Source of the DNA: an uncultured Clostridia bacterium
Lineage (GTDB): Bacteria; Bacillota; Clostridia; Christensenellales; UBA1242
NCBI GenBank assembly: GCA_944377455.1
Contig: CALWEZ010000041.1
Span: forward strand, 1-38,637
Direction of reading: 5' to 3'
DNA: 38,637 bases
The translations under genes were made by a program, and so were the position numbers. This document shows, one piece after another, positions 1-10,116 of the stretch (positions within the stretch are counted from its first letter, which is position 1; each line of letters starts with the position of its first letter). The notes beneath the pieces were generated by a model. It was not told where the DNA came from. It ran no database searches and saw only the letters and a list, made by a program, of their open reading frames with translations.

Positions 1-489
1 AAATTAAAAGAAGCGGTTGCAAGTTATAACAAAATTCCTGTTTCTCAAATAAATTTGTCGCTTAAAGGAAGTGCTGAATTATTTTTTGACCCAGATTTTA
101 AAAATTACAGAGAAATCGTTTATTCCCTAAAGAGATATCCTAGAAGATTTGTTAAAGTTATGGCTTCTCTTACATCTCAAGAAAACAACTTAAAAATATC
201 AATTTCTCCATATGATATTTGTGACTTTTTAATGGATAATGAAAACCTTTTTTCAACAGATGGCAGTTTAAATAATAATTTACAAATTGAAAATGGTTTT
301 GGTGAGAGTGGGGGAAAATGTGTGTTACGCACCAAAATTTCCTTTGCTCCCGAATGTATAGAAAATGTGTCCATCAACTTTCATCCTGATCAACTTGCTT
401 ATTTTGATTATGAAGATAAGGAAAGTTATGAAGTTTTAAGGCCTGCTCTTATTGACTATTTAGAAAAGCAATCAAAAGAAAAAGAATAA
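1..489 (+). CDS. Hypothetical protein, 5'-truncated by the window edge
   Basis: The frame of ORF 55..489 is open back to position 1 (KLKEAVASYNKIPVSQINL...). No recognisable motif. Followed by a terminator hairpin. Confidence 0.65.
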   Translation, partial: KLKEAVASYNKIPVSQINLSLKGSAELFFDPDFKNYREIVYSLKRYPRRFVKVMASLTSQENNLKISISPYDICDFLMDNENLFSTDGSLNNNLQIENGFGESGGKCVLRTKISFAPECIENVSINFHPDQLAYFDYEDKESYEVLRPALIDYLEKQSKEKE

Positions 490-530
490 TAAAATGACAT
501 ATGTTAGCCTGTAATTTTTCAAACTAATTA

Positions 531-570
531 AAAAAGGAGTTTTGCTAATGAAAGGCATAGCTCCTTTTTT
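531..570. terminator. Probable bidirectional Rho-independent terminator
   Basis: AAAAAGGAG...CTCCTTTTT inverted repeat between convergent genes. Confidence 0.7.
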
Positions 571-626
571 TGTTAATTCTGCTAATTTCAGATTTTACTA
601 ACCCTGCTCTTTTTTTGCTTTATAAT

Positions 627-1793
627 TTAATTCTTTTCTTTTTCAATATCAAAATTTTTGTTGATGTAGTCAATGGCAACGGTCAAGGTTTTGTCGGTTT
701 TGTTTTCAATATCTTTTGCTGTCAATGGCACCTCAATGTCAGGCTTAATCGCGCCCGGAGTTTTGAACACATCACTGAAATCGAAAAACTTTTCAGTGTA
801 ACTGACAATTAGATCATCACTTAGTTCAATCTTGCCAGAACTTTGCCCGAAACGAATATTCCCCTGCCCAAGCGGTTGACCGATGAGCGTTGTGTTTAGA
901 ATTGTTTTTGCGTAGCGCACCGCCCAAGTCCCCGAAGAAAAAACTCTGTTGTCTGTCAGTGTCACGCCGGTAATGTTGTTCTCGTTTAGATATCTTAACA
1001 GCGGTTTAATTATCTCCGAATCGCCACCCGGATTTCCGCGCACATCAAAGATATAGTGTTTTATGTTTTTCGTTTCGATTGTATTTTCGACTTCTTCAAA
1101 AAAATTTTCAATTTCACTTTTAAAATTCGCATCGCAAGTTAGATAGTTTATCTTTATGAAATTTGGCCCAATAACCGAATAACTATATGGTTTCTCATTT
1201 GGCAAGTCATATGGTGGAAAACATTTCTTAAAGTCAAACCATTCTTGCGTGATGTCGACCTTTAATTTTTGCCCATTTTTTAGTTCGATTGAAGAATAGT
1301 CGATGCCTAAAATATCATAAAGTGTGGTCCTGTTCAAGTAATTACATAGTTGCACCGAAAGCCACTCGCTTGTTTCATAACAAATATACTCGCTCATAGC
1401 CTTACATACTTCATTGACAGGCTTACCACCAATTTTTACCACTTCCAAAAGTTTTCCATCACAGATGGCATAAACTTTGTTATTGATATGCAAAAGGTGC
1501 TGACTTAAATATTTTCTTTTTTCACTTTCGCCTTTGTATCTCACACTTAGGTGCGCATTATGAAACATGGCGCACATCTTCACTAGATACCCATAAAACT
1601 TTTCCGTGGGAACATTGTCAATATTGCCTAAACCCGCAACATACTCATCAACACACTTGTTGATTTCGATTTGTTTATCAATAAATTCTTCGCCCATGTT
1701 TCTGCTCTGCAAAAGCGAAAGCGATTTCTCTTTAATGATGTTTGCACTTTGAACCAACTGTTCAGTCTGCGTTAAACCCCTTAAATCTTCCAT
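627..1793 (-). CDS. Peptidase family S41 protein
   Basis: IFDVRGNPGG motif, VFSSG catalytic-serine region, TLIGQP and the C-terminal IKPDIEVP, all typical of S41 peptidases. Confidence 0.8.
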   Translation of the reverse strand: MEDLRGLTQTEQLVQSANIIKEKSLSLLQSRNMGEEFIDKQIEINKCVDEYVAGLGNIDNVPTEKFYGYLVKMCAMFHNAHLSVRYKGESEKRKYLSQHLLHINNKVYAICDGKLLEVVKIGGKPVNEVCKAMSEYICYETSEWLSVQLCNYLNRTTLYDILGIDYSSIELKNGQKLKVDITQEWFDFKKCFPPYDLPNEKPYSYSVIGPNFIKINYLTCDANFKSEIENFFEEVENTIETKNIKHYIFDVRGNPGGDSEIIKPLLRYLNENNITGVTLTDNRVFSSGTWAVRYAKTILNTTLIGQPLGQGNIRFGQSSGKIELSDDLIVSYTEKFFDFSDVFKTPGAIKPDIEVPLTAKDIENKTDKTLTVAIDYINKNFDIEKEKN

Positions 1794-1799
1794 AAATTT

Positions 1800-1828
1800 A
1801 TTATATCACAATACATTTTGTATGTCAA
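1800..1828 (-). promoter_or_regulatory. Sigma-A promoter of the S41 peptidase gene (predicted leaderless transcript)
   Basis: TTGACA-17-TATAAT with an extended TG, ending 6 nt before the ATG. No Shine-Dalgarno. Confidence 0.8.
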
Positions 1829-1882
1829 ATTACAAAATTCTTTCGATTTTTTCGCCTAATACACTTTTTCGCATACAAAAGT

Positions 1883-1906
1883 AAAAAAATCACGGCTTGG
1901 CCGTGA
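1883..1906 (-). terminator. Terminator of rpmF
   Basis: TCACGGC/GCCGTGA stem followed by a U-tract on the minus strand. Confidence 0.75.
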
Positions 1907-1910
1907 AATT

Positions 1911-2102
1911 TTATTTTTTCTTTTTCTTATCTTCAACAACAGTTTCGTTTTTATAAGTTCCACAATTTTTGCAAACCTTGTGTGGTGCTTTAAGTTCGTG
2001 ACATTTTGGGCACTCAACAAGTGTAACTGCTTCTGCCTTAAAATTTGCAGAGTTTCTTGTGTTTCTTCTCTGTTTTGAAACCTTACCCTTTGGAACAGCC
2101 AT
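1911..2102 (-). CDS. rpmF: 50S ribosomal protein L32 (Zn-ribbon form)
   Basis: MAVPKGKVSKQRRNTR...CPKC...PHKVCKNCGTY. AGGAG RBS. Own TTGACA-17-TAAAAT promoter at 2145-2173. Confidence 0.97.
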   Translation of the reverse strand: MAVPKGKVSKQRRNTRNSANFKAEAVTLVECPKCHELKAPHKVCKNCGTYKNETVVEDKKKKK

Positions 2103-2176
2103 TTTTCTTCTCCTTTTAGTAAATTTCTAAGTTTTTGCTTTAATATTTTATACCATAAAACTCAATTTGTCAAGTT

Positions 2177-3388
2177 TTATTTAGACTTTTTTAATTTTTT
2201 TACAATTTCCTTGGTGTCGCGTGCCATCATAAGTTCTTCATCGGTTGGAATGACATAGACTTTAATCTTGGAATTCTTCGCCGAAATAAGTTCAATTTGT
2301 CCGCGTTTGAAGTTGTTGTTCTTCTCTTTGTCAAGCACAATACCGAGAGTTTCCATATTCTCTAGTATCTGCTCGCGCGCTTCCTTGCTATTTTCACCGA
2401 TACCGCCTGTGAACACAATGGCATCCGTGCCGTTTAAAACAGCAAGATATGAGCCGATATATTTTTTAACGGAATATGCAAGAAGGCCAAGTGCAAGTTG
2501 CGCCCTTTTATTTCCACCTTCTGCTGCTTTAGTGGTTTCTCTATGGTCACTTGAAACGCCAGAAACACCCAAAAGTCCACACTCCTTATTGAGATAATTT
2601 AAAACCTCGTCAACGGTTTGTTTTTTGTGTGAGCATAAAAATTGCACAACAGTTGGGTCGATATCGCCCGAGCGCGTTCCCATAACAACGCCTTGAAGTG
2701 GAGTGAGCCCCATGGAAGTGTCCACACTTTTGCCGTTTTTGATTGCAGTGATTGATGAACCATTGCCGATATGGCAAGTGATGGCATTGACATCTTTAAC
2801 ATCTTTCTTTAACACTTTTGCAAGTTCTTGCACAACATATCTATGACTTGTGCCGTGAGCGCCATATCTTCTTACATGATATTTCTCATAATCTTCATAC
2901 TTAATCGCATACATGAACGCTTTTTCAGGCATGGTTGTGTGGAAAGCGGTGTCAAATACAGCGACCTCTGGAACTTTTGGCATAACCTTTTTGCAAGCGC
3001 GCATGCAAAGAACGTGAGCAGGATTGTGAAGTGGAGCCATTTCAGAAAGTTTGTCGATTTGGTCGATAACCTTATCGTCGATTAAAGTGCTTTCTTTAAA
3101 AATCCAACCGCCCATAACTACGCGGTGACCGATAGCGTTAATCTCATCAAAACTCTTAATCACGCCGTTCTTCTTGTCCACCAAAATGTCAAGCACCTTT
3201 TTGATGGCTTCTTCGTGGTTTTTAGCGCCTTTATAAATCTCTTCTTTTCCGTCATGCTTATAGGAAATAAATGGGTCACTTAGTCCTATCTTTTCGCAAT
3301 TTCCTTTTGCAATAACCTTTTCTTTGTCCATATCAAGAAGTTGATATTTTAATGACGAACTTCCTGCGTTTACAATCAATATATTCAT
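2177..3388 (-). CDS. ackA: Acetate kinase
   Basis: VNAGSSSLKY, GHRVV, APLHNP, FDTAFH, RRYGAHGTSH, GTRSGD, FTGGIGEN and PTDEE motifs. Confidence 0.97.
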   Translation of the reverse strand: MNILIVNAGSSSLKYQLLDMDKEKVIAKGNCEKIGLSDPFISYKHDGKEEIYKGAKNHEEAIKKVLDILVDKKNGVIKSFDEINAIGHRVVMGGWIFKESTLIDDKVIDQIDKLSEMAPLHNPAHVLCMRACKKVMPKVPEVAVFDTAFHTTMPEKAFMYAIKYEDYEKYHVRRYGAHGTSHRYVVQELAKVLKKDVKDVNAITCHIGNGSSITAIKNGKSVDTSMGLTPLQGVVMGTRSGDIDPTVVQFLCSHKKQTVDEVLNYLNKECGLLGVSGVSSDHRETTKAAEGGNKRAQLALGLLAYSVKKYIGSYLAVLNGTDAIVFTGGIGENSKEAREQILENMETLGIVLDKEKNNNFKRGQIELISAKNSKIKVYVIPTDEELMMARDTKEIVKKLKKSK

Positions 3389-3399
3389 CTTTTTCTCCT

Positions 3400-4389
3400 T
3401 TATTTTTTCTCATCGTCGCACTGCAGTGCTGTTATCACGCTGAGCATCACAATATCGTTAACATTGCATCCGCGCGATAAGTCGTTCACTGGCTTTTTAA
3501 GGTTTTGTAATATCGGACCAATCGCGTTAAGTCCGCCGATATATTGCGTAACCTTATAGCAAATATTCCCCGCGTTGATGTCTGGGAAGATAAGCACATT
3601 CGCATCGCCCTTAATCTCGCTGTTCGGCGCTTTATGCTCGGAAACGCTCTTCACCATGGCAGCATCAAACTGAATTTCGCCGTCGGCAAGCACATCCTTA
3701 TTCTTTTTCTTAAAGATTTCATACGCCTCGCGCACTTTGGTCACATCCTCGCTCTTTGCACTGCCCTTTGTGGAGTAGGAAAGAAACGCCACCTTCGGCT
3801 CTCCAATTTTAAACGCCTTCGCACTCTCCACACTTGCTTCAGCAATCGCCGACAAGGTTTCCGCATCAGGTTTTTCAATAACTCCGCAGTCGGACAGGAT
3901 GAGCGCCTTACCATTTAAAAACTTGTTGTCGCCATACACCAAAAAGCAGGACGAAACAGGATTTTTGTTCTTCGCCTTGATGATTTGAAGTGCTGGTCTC
4001 ACAGTGTTGCCTGTTGGCGCTTCCGCACCTGCCACCATGCCGTCAGCATATCCGCATTCAACTAAGAGCGTTGCAAAGTAGTATGGGTCCTTTTCAAGTT
4101 CATCCGCCTCTTCTATCGTCATGCCCTTTTTCTTGCGCTTTTCATAGAGAGTTTTGACCAATTTCTTTCTGTCTGGGAAGGTCACAGGGTTGACAATGTC
4201 AAACTTTTCCATGCTCTTATCTCTTAAAATAAGCGCGCTTGCATCGCCCACAAGAAGCACCTTACAAATTTTCTTTTTCTGCAAAATCTTAACCGCTTCA
4301 AGCGTTCTATCTGAAAAACTTACCTCTGGAAAGACGATTGTTTTTTGCCTACGCTTTGCCTCTTTTATTAAATCTTTAACCTTAAACAT
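3400..4389 (-). CDS. pta: Phosphate acetyltransferase
   Basis: IVFPE, RPALQII, LSYSTKGS, DGEIQFDAA, FPDINAGNI and PVNDLSRG motifs. Directly upstream of ackA. Confidence 0.95.
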   Translation of the reverse strand: MFKVKDLIKEAKRRQKTIVFPEVSFSDRTLEAVKILQKKKICKVLLVGDASALILRDKSMEKFDIVNPVTFPDRKKLVKTLYEKRKKKGMTIEEADELEKDPYYFATLLVECGYADGMVAGAEAPTGNTVRPALQIIKAKNKNPVSSCFLVYGDNKFLNGKALILSDCGVIEKPDAETLSAIAEASVESAKAFKIGEPKVAFLSYSTKGSAKSEDVTKVREAYEIFKKKNKDVLADGEIQFDAAMVKSVSEHKAPNSEIKGDANVLIFPDINAGNICYKVTQYIGGLNAIGPILQNLKKPVNDLSRGCNVNDIVMLSVITALQCDDEKK

Positions 4390-4451
4390 ATTTTCTCCGC
4401 TTCTTTTTTTCTTAAATTAAAAATAAAATATATTTGTTAGATATATTTTTC

Positions 4452-4480
4452 ATTATAAGAGTTGATTAGAAAATTGTCAA
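4452..4480 (-). promoter_or_regulatory. Consensus sigma-A promoter for pta-ackA
   Basis: Perfect TTGACA-17-TATAAT on the minus strand. Confidence 0.8.
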
Positions 4481-4497
4481 ATAAAAAAGGAGTTATT

Positions 4498-5646
4498 TTG
4501 AAAAATCTTTATTTAAAACTAAAAAACGACAACCTTTCAAAGATGATTTTGTCGGCACTTATCATCTTTTTCATTTTGAATATGATAGTAAGCCCAGCAA
4601 AATTTATCGCACAAGGATTAAATGGCATAAGCGCATGGGCATTCAATGTGCTTCCAAGCGTGCTTCCCTTTATGTTCTTCACAAAAGCGCTTTCTTCGCT
4701 CGGACAAATGGAAAAACTAACTCGCCCTTTTCAGCGAGTCACAAAAACGCTCTTTAACACCCCGCCGATTTCCTTCTACACCTTCTTCATGGCGATACTC
4801 TCTGGCTATCCTGTCGGCTCAAAGATGATTGCGGACCTATACATGCAAGGCAAAATCACCAAAGATGAAGCCTTCAGGATGTCCGCCTTTTGCTCGACAT
4901 CAGGGCCGATGTTTATAATCGGAGCGGTTGGCGTCTCGATGTTTAAAAGTTCCATTATCGGCTACATTCTCTTCATCTCACATGTTCTTTCCGCCTTTTT
5001 AAACGGACTTATCTACCGAAAACTTGGCTGTAAAGATAAAAAAGATAGACAAAACAAAAAGGATAAATCGCATATAGAAAAAATCGCAAATCAAAACGAA
5101 AATGATAACATAAGCATTAAATCATGCTCCACCAAACAAAATAATGACAATTTTCAAGTTGAAAATGTTGTTGATAAACAAGGCGAAAATGACAACATAA
5201 GCACTGAAATAGACACACAAAATGAAAATATGAAATTTCAAACTAATAAAGAAAACAAAACTACAAAAGCTCCTGATATCAGCGAAATAGTCCTTTCTTC
5301 GACGCTCGCCATACTGTCAGTCGGTTGCATAATCACAATATTTTTTATCATTATCGAATGCCTATCACCTATCTTCAATCTCTTCCCAGAAAATATCTCC
5401 GTCTTTCTTGAAGGCGCTATAGAAATAACAAAGGGCTGTTTGAGTTTATCGGTGTTACCAAATGTCAAACTCGCCGTGGTTCTAGCAAGTTTCGTGATAA
5501 GTTTTGGCGGAATATCCACCCTTCTTCAATCTTTAACCATGCTTCAACAGGTGAAAATGCCAGTCAAACTTTTCGCCATTCAAAAATTCACACACGCTCT
5601 ACTCTCCGCGCTCATCTCAACAATTTTAGTGCTGATTTTTATGTAA
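4498..5646 (+). CDS. ylbJ: Sporulation integral membrane protein, YlbJ family
   Basis: VLPSVLPF, SGYPVG, SGPMFIIGAVG, EITKG and FGGIS motifs. Likely start is TTG at 4498 after AAAGGAG. Usual position near pta/ackA/rpmF. Confidence 0.85.
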   Translation: MKNLYLKLKNDNLSKMILSALIIFFILNMIVSPAKFIAQGLNGISAWAFNVLPSVLPFMFFTKALSSLGQMEKLTRPFQRVTKTLFNTPPISFYTFFMAILSGYPVGSKMIADLYMQGKITKDEAFRMSAFCSTSGPMFIIGAVGVSMFKSSIIGYILFISHVLSAFLNGLIYRKLGCKDKKDRQNKKDKSHIEKIANQNENDNISIKSCSTKQNNDNFQVENVVDKQGENDNISTEIDTQNENMKFQTNKENKTTKAPDISEIVLSSTLAILSVGCIITIFFIIIECLSPIFNLFPENISVFLEGAIEITKGCLSLSVLPNVKLAVVLASFVISFGGISTLLQSLTMLQQVKMPVKLFAIQKFTHALLSALISTILVLIFM

Positions 5647-5774
5647 AAAAGGACGATGTCAACTGGCACCGCCCTATTTTTATCAAAATAGTTATAACTT
5701 AGTAATTTAAATTCATATTGTTATATTAATATAACAATCCTTTTTCCAAAAACTTACGCAAAAATGCTTTCAAA

Positions 5775-6653
5775 CTAATCTTTCTTATAGAAATGGTATC
5801 CGCCGACTGCAAGCACTCTTGGTCCTGTGTGCGTGGCGATCGAAAGTGACAATGGGTCAACATAGGTGAAAGGAATATTTGGAAATTCTTTGATTAACTC
5901 TTGCTTGAAGATTTCAGCGTTTTCATCGTTAGTGGTGTGAGCAACTGCAATCGCAAATTCGCCCGCCTGAACGTATTTTGCGAAGTGCGTTTCAATGTCC
6001 TTTTTAAGTGCAGAAATCATCTTCTTTTTTGCCGCCTTGATGTTGGTCACCATAGCAAACTTATCAAGTTTTCCGCCTTGGATGGTCAAAATTGGCTTAA
6101 TATTCAAAACCGTTCCTATTGCTGCTGCAGCCGGTGTCACCCTACCGCCCTGTTTAAGATATTTAAGCGTGTCAACAACAAGGTAGATTGTGGAATTTAA
6201 ACCATCATTTTCAAGGTATTCCTTAATCTCTTTTGCGTCAAGTCCGTCATTTATCATTTTCATAGCGTCAAAAATGGAGGCTTTTGATGTGATAGAAATA
6301 CGCTTGTTGTCAACCACAAACACTTTGTCTGGAAATTGCTCTTCCGCAAACTTTTGCGCGGTTTCACAAGACTGACTCAGCGCACTTGACATTGGAAAGT
6401 GCAGAACTTGGTCGTTCGTCTTTAAGAGTTCGCTCCAAAGGTCTACGATTTCATTGATATTAGGTTGAGAAGTTGTAATTCTCACGCCCTCTCGTTGCAA
6501 GCGATAAAATTCCTCTTGCTTTAAATCCACTTCTTCATATAAAACATCCTCGCCAATAATGAATGGCATAGGCACAACGCTTATTCCAAGATGTTTGCCT
6601 TCCTTTGGCGTGATACCACTGTTACTGTCAACAACGACTGCAATTTTTTTCAT
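5775..6653 (-). CDS. DegV family fatty-acid-binding protein
   Basis: VVDSNS, TTSQP, SSALSQS, YLKQGGR, NIKPIL and HTGP motifs. Confidence 0.93.
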   Translation of the reverse strand: MKKIAVVVDSNSGITPKEGKHLGISVVPMPFIIGEDVLYEEVDLKQEEFYRLQREGVRITTSQPNINEIVDLWSELLKTNDQVLHFPMSSALSQSCETAQKFAEEQFPDKVFVVDNKRISITSKASIFDAMKMINDGLDAKEIKEYLENDGLNSTIYLVVDTLKYLKQGGRVTPAAAAIGTVLNIKPILTIQGGKLDKFAMVTNIKAAKKKMISALKKDIETHFAKYVQAGEFAIAVAHTTNDENAEIFKQELIKEFPNIPFTYVDPLSLSIATHTGPRVLAVGGYHFYKKD

Positions 6654-6767
6654 ATTTATCTCCTTTTATATTTATCCCATGAAGCATTATACATCATATC
6701 AAATTATATTCCAAACAATTTACAAAAATAATTAAAGAAATATAAAGTTAAAAAATTTTAACTAACC

Positions 6768-8255
6768 TCATCCTAAAGGATGTTTTGGAAGCCCTGGCAT
6801 CAAGTTGATTTTTCCGCATAACGCCACCACAAAACCTGCGCCGTTTTTAAGTTGTAAATCTTGCACTTTAAGTGTTTTGCTAGTCTTATCTTTCTCGTCA
6901 ATAAGCGCATACTGACTTTTCGCAATAATCACTTCATAGTTTTTGGCGTATTTTTTGTATTTTTGAAGTTTCTCGCTTGCGACACTTGAAAATTCCACAT
7001 TTTCTGCGCCATAAACATTCTTTGCGACACACTCAATCTTCTCTTTAATTGTTGCGTTAAGCGGATAAGCGAATTTAAGTTTGGTCTTTTTGATATTTTC
7101 AAGTAACACCTTTGCAAATTCCTCACATCCCGCTCCGCCCTTTTCAAAAGGATAGCATATAAAGCATGGCGTAGGGCAATCATTTTTAAACCTTTCAATC
7201 TCCTTCTCATCATCGCCTGCGAAATGATTGATGGCGACTACGCAAGGCTTATTGAACACCTTTTCTATGGTATCGATATGTTTGAGTAAGTTCTCTCTTC
7301 CATGCTCCTTTAACGCTTTCATGGTGACCACTAAAACAACTGCCGTCACATCAAGTTTCGCCTTTCGGCATTTCAAATCAAAAAACTTTTCCGCGCCCAA
7401 ATCTGCGCCAAAACCTGCTTCTGTGATGACATAGTCCGAGTGCGAAAGAGCGGTCTTTGTGGCAATAACGCTGTTTGTGCCTTGCGCGATATTCGCAAAA
7501 GGTCCACCATGCACAAAACACGGAGTGCCTTCCGCCGTCTGCACTAAATTTGGATAGATGGCATCCTTCAAAATCTTCATAAGTGAACCGACCACATTTA
7601 ATTCTCTCGCGTAAACAAATTCGCCCTTGCTATTTTCGCCGATTATGATGTTTCCAAGCCGTTTTTCAAGTTCCTTTTCGCTTTCCGATAGGCACAAAAT
7701 CGCCATAATTTCGCTCGCTGGCGTAATCACAAAATTTTCCTTTCGCGGATGATTATTTTTCAACTTTTCTTCATTAATCGTGATTTCTCGAAGTGCCCTA
7801 TCGTTGATGTCCATACATCGCGGAAAAACCACCTTTTGAATGTCAAGTTCGTTGCTGTGGTATATATGGTTGTCGATATTCGCGCAGAGTAGATTGTTCG
7901 CCGCGGTAACTCTATGCATGTCGCCAGTGAAGTGTAAGTTGATGTCATCTGACGGCACAATAACCGCCTTGCCACCACCAGTTGCTCCACCCTTCATGCC
8001 AAAGGTCGGTCCAAGTGAAGGTTCGCGTAAAGCAAGCGAGACACTTTCGTCTAAACGACTCAGTGCGTCGGCAAGCCCGATTGAAACTGTCGTTTTCCCT
8101 TCCCCGCTCTTAGTCGGCGTCATGGCAGTCACTAAAATCAATTTGCCCTTTGGAGCAAATTTTAAATTTCGAATTTTCGCCTTATATCTTCCATAGCACT
8201 CCAAATCTTCGCCACGTATGCCAAGTGTTTTTGCAATTTCAACAATATCTTTCAT
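6768..8255 (-). CDS. fhs: Formate--tetrahydrofolate ligase (compact form)
   Basis: TPTKSGEGKTT, LREPSLGP, INLHFTGD, HGGPFANIA, TEAGFGADLGAEKF and MPGLP motifs. Confidence 0.95.
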   Translation of the reverse strand: MKDIVEIAKTLGIRGEDLECYGRYKAKIRNLKFAPKGKLILVTAMTPTKSGEGKTTVSIGLADALSRLDESVSLALREPSLGPTFGMKGGATGGGKAVIVPSDDINLHFTGDMHRVTAANNLLCANIDNHIYHSNELDIQKVVFPRCMDINDRALREITINEEKLKNNHPRKENFVITPASEIMAILCLSESEKELEKRLGNIIIGENSKGEFVYARELNVVGSLMKILKDAIYPNLVQTAEGTPCFVHGGPFANIAQGTNSVIATKTALSHSDYVITEAGFGADLGAEKFFDLKCRKAKLDVTAVVLVVTMKALKEHGRENLLKHIDTIEKVFNKPCVVAINHFAGDDEKEIERFKNDCPTPCFICYPFEKGGAGCEEFAKVLLENIKKTKLKFAYPLNATIKEKIECVAKNVYGAENVEFSSVASEKLQKYKKYAKNYEVIIAKSQYALIDEKDKTSKTLKVQDLQLKNGAGFVVALCGKINLMPGLPKHPLG

Positions 8256-8391
8256 TTACCCTCCCTAAATATTAAAGTGTATTTTCGTTAAAAAGTTACG
8301 CCTACATTAAGTTGTTACATCTAGATTTTTCTAATTTAATTTGCATCTTTCAACATAAGATGTAAGCCACAAACATATACCACAAATCGTC

Positions 8392-10116
8392 TTAAATATT
8401 TCGCGACGAGTGGCAAGTTAGTAGTATTATTTGATATTTTTGCGATAAACTTTTCAAAATCTGCCTTGCAATAAGTAAATTTTTGTCGTCTAAGTTCACA
8501 AAAGGGTCGTCTAAAATTATGAAAGGTTTTTCTTTATCAAACACCAAATCGATGAGTGCAAATCGCTTGCAAATCTCTGTTAGGTCTTGCACGCCAGCAC
8601 TCAAATATCCTTCTTCCAGCATATTTTGTTTTAAGTGGACATCCAAATTTCCGTCCACAACAAGTTCGTCACTTGTTATAAATTTTTTATAAAACTCGTC
8701 AAACTTTTGCTGAACAGGCTGAACATATCTCGACGATAAATTCTCAGAAGAGGTCAAAAGAAAGTTTTGCGTCGTCTCTAAAAGTTTAATTTTATTGTTT
8801 AACTCTTCGCTCTTTTCTGTGTCCGCTTGCAGTTTGTCATCGCACTCAGTTATCGGCAAACTGTCTAATTCGTTTTGATAATGTTTTAGGTCGTTCTCTC
8901 TTTCAACAACACCTCTTTGAGCGTCATTGATTTTGCTGACAACTTCTTCATAGTAGTTGACAAAACTCCGCGGTGAACCACCAAAAAGCAAATTAATTTG
9001 ATTATCAATCTTCTTAATTTCTTCTTCTTTTTGCTTTATTTTTTCAGTTTTTTCCGCATTTTTATCAAAAAATTCACTTTTTTTCAATTTATTTTCATTT
9101 TTTAAGCGAATTTTTTGCTTTTTTTGTTTTAAGAAGATAACGAGCATTACAATTCCTAAAACAAATAACACTGGACAAGTCACCACGAAAGCGATAAAAT
9201 CAAGCGCAAAAAATAGCCCTATCGACGCCACTGACAACACAAAGAAAAGGATAGAAAAAACTAATGCCGTCTTTTTAACCTTAGGCGTTTCTTCTTTTTC
9301 TTCCACTTGCGGTTCAGCATCTTCGACTTCTTTTAAAGTTTCATTAAGATACATCATGGTCGCGCTTTTTTCAGCCGACAGTTTTTCATATTCCTTTTGT
9401 TTAGCATCCAACTCTTCTTTAATATGTTGATAAGATTTTAATTTCTCCTCATATTCAGCAAGATTATTTTTTGCGATGCTAATTTTATTTGTTAGCGCAT
9501 TTTCTTTTAATTGCAACTCTCTGAATCTCGCTTTGTCACTTTCAAGGTTCAAAGTTTTAAGTTCGCTTTTCAGTTCTCTTATCTTTTGCTTAATTTTCTC
9601 AACAGCCTTAGATAGCGCATCAACATCATCGCCATAAAGTTTGCCTGTTGAGAGCGACGCCTTTATGTCGTCATTGATTTCGCTTGGCAGTTCCTTTTGC
9701 CCAAAGAATATTGTCGCGTCAAACGTTTCCTTTCCAACGCCGAAAAGTTCGCGCCCAATGTTTGAAGAATATGCGTCGCTCTTCAAGTTGTTTTCAGCGT
9801 TATATAGATAAAACTCATCAAGCGTGGTGGTTCGATTGAAAACACGCCTAATCTTAAACACACCCTTTTCTGAAACAAACACAAGCTCTCCACCAAACTT
9901 TCCGCCCTCAAAAGGCTGATATTTGGTGCGGTCGGTGAGTTTACTATTTTTTCTCGCATTTGCGCCAAGTCCATAAAACATCGCTTTGATAAAAGAGGCA
10001 AGCGTGGTTTTCCCATAGCCATTTTTCTCGCAAATTGAGGTTATATTTTCCTTAAAGGACACATCAACATTTTTTAATTTTCCAAACGCGTCTATGTGGC
10101 AAGATATCAATTTCAT
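8392..10116 (-). CDS. YhaN-like SMC/Rad50-type AAA ATPase with coiled coils and a central hydrophobic pair
   Basis: FGKL, Walker A NGYGKTT, signature LSAG, Walker B ILDDPFVNLD, C-terminal LTCH. Overlaps the upstream nuclease gene by 4 nt. Confidence 0.88.
   Translation of the reverse strand: MKLISCHIDAFGKLKNVDVSFKENITSICEKNGYGKTTLASFIKAMFYGLGANARKNSKLTDRTKYQPFEGGKFGGELVFVSEKGVFKIRRVFNRTTTLDEFYLYNAENNLKSDAYSSNIGRELFGVGKETFDATIFFGQKELPSEINDDIKASLSTGKLYGDDVDALSKAVEKIKQKIRELKSELKTLNLESDKARFRELQLKENALTNKISIAKNNLAEYEEKLKSYQHIKEELDAKQKEYEKLSAEKSATMMYLNETLKEVEDAEPQVEEKEETPKVKKTALVFSILFFVLSVASIGLFFALDFIAFVVTCPVLFVLGIVMLVIFLKQKKQKIRLKNENKLKKSEFFDKNAEKTEKIKQKEEEIKKIDNQINLLFGGSPRSFVNYYEEVVSKINDAQRGVVERENDLKHYQNELDSLPITECDDKLQADTEKSEELNNKIKLLETTQNFLLTSSENLSSRYVQPVQQKFDEFYKKFITSDELVVDGNLDVHLKQNMLEEGYLSAGVQDLTEICKRFALIDLVFDKEKPFIILDDPFVNLDDKNLLIARQILKSLSQKYQIILLTCHSSRNI

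Noticed and set aside
8256-8391. ZTP or THF riboswitch upstream of fhs
   Set aside because: The conserved aptamer sequences are not visible; there is only a weak hairpin.
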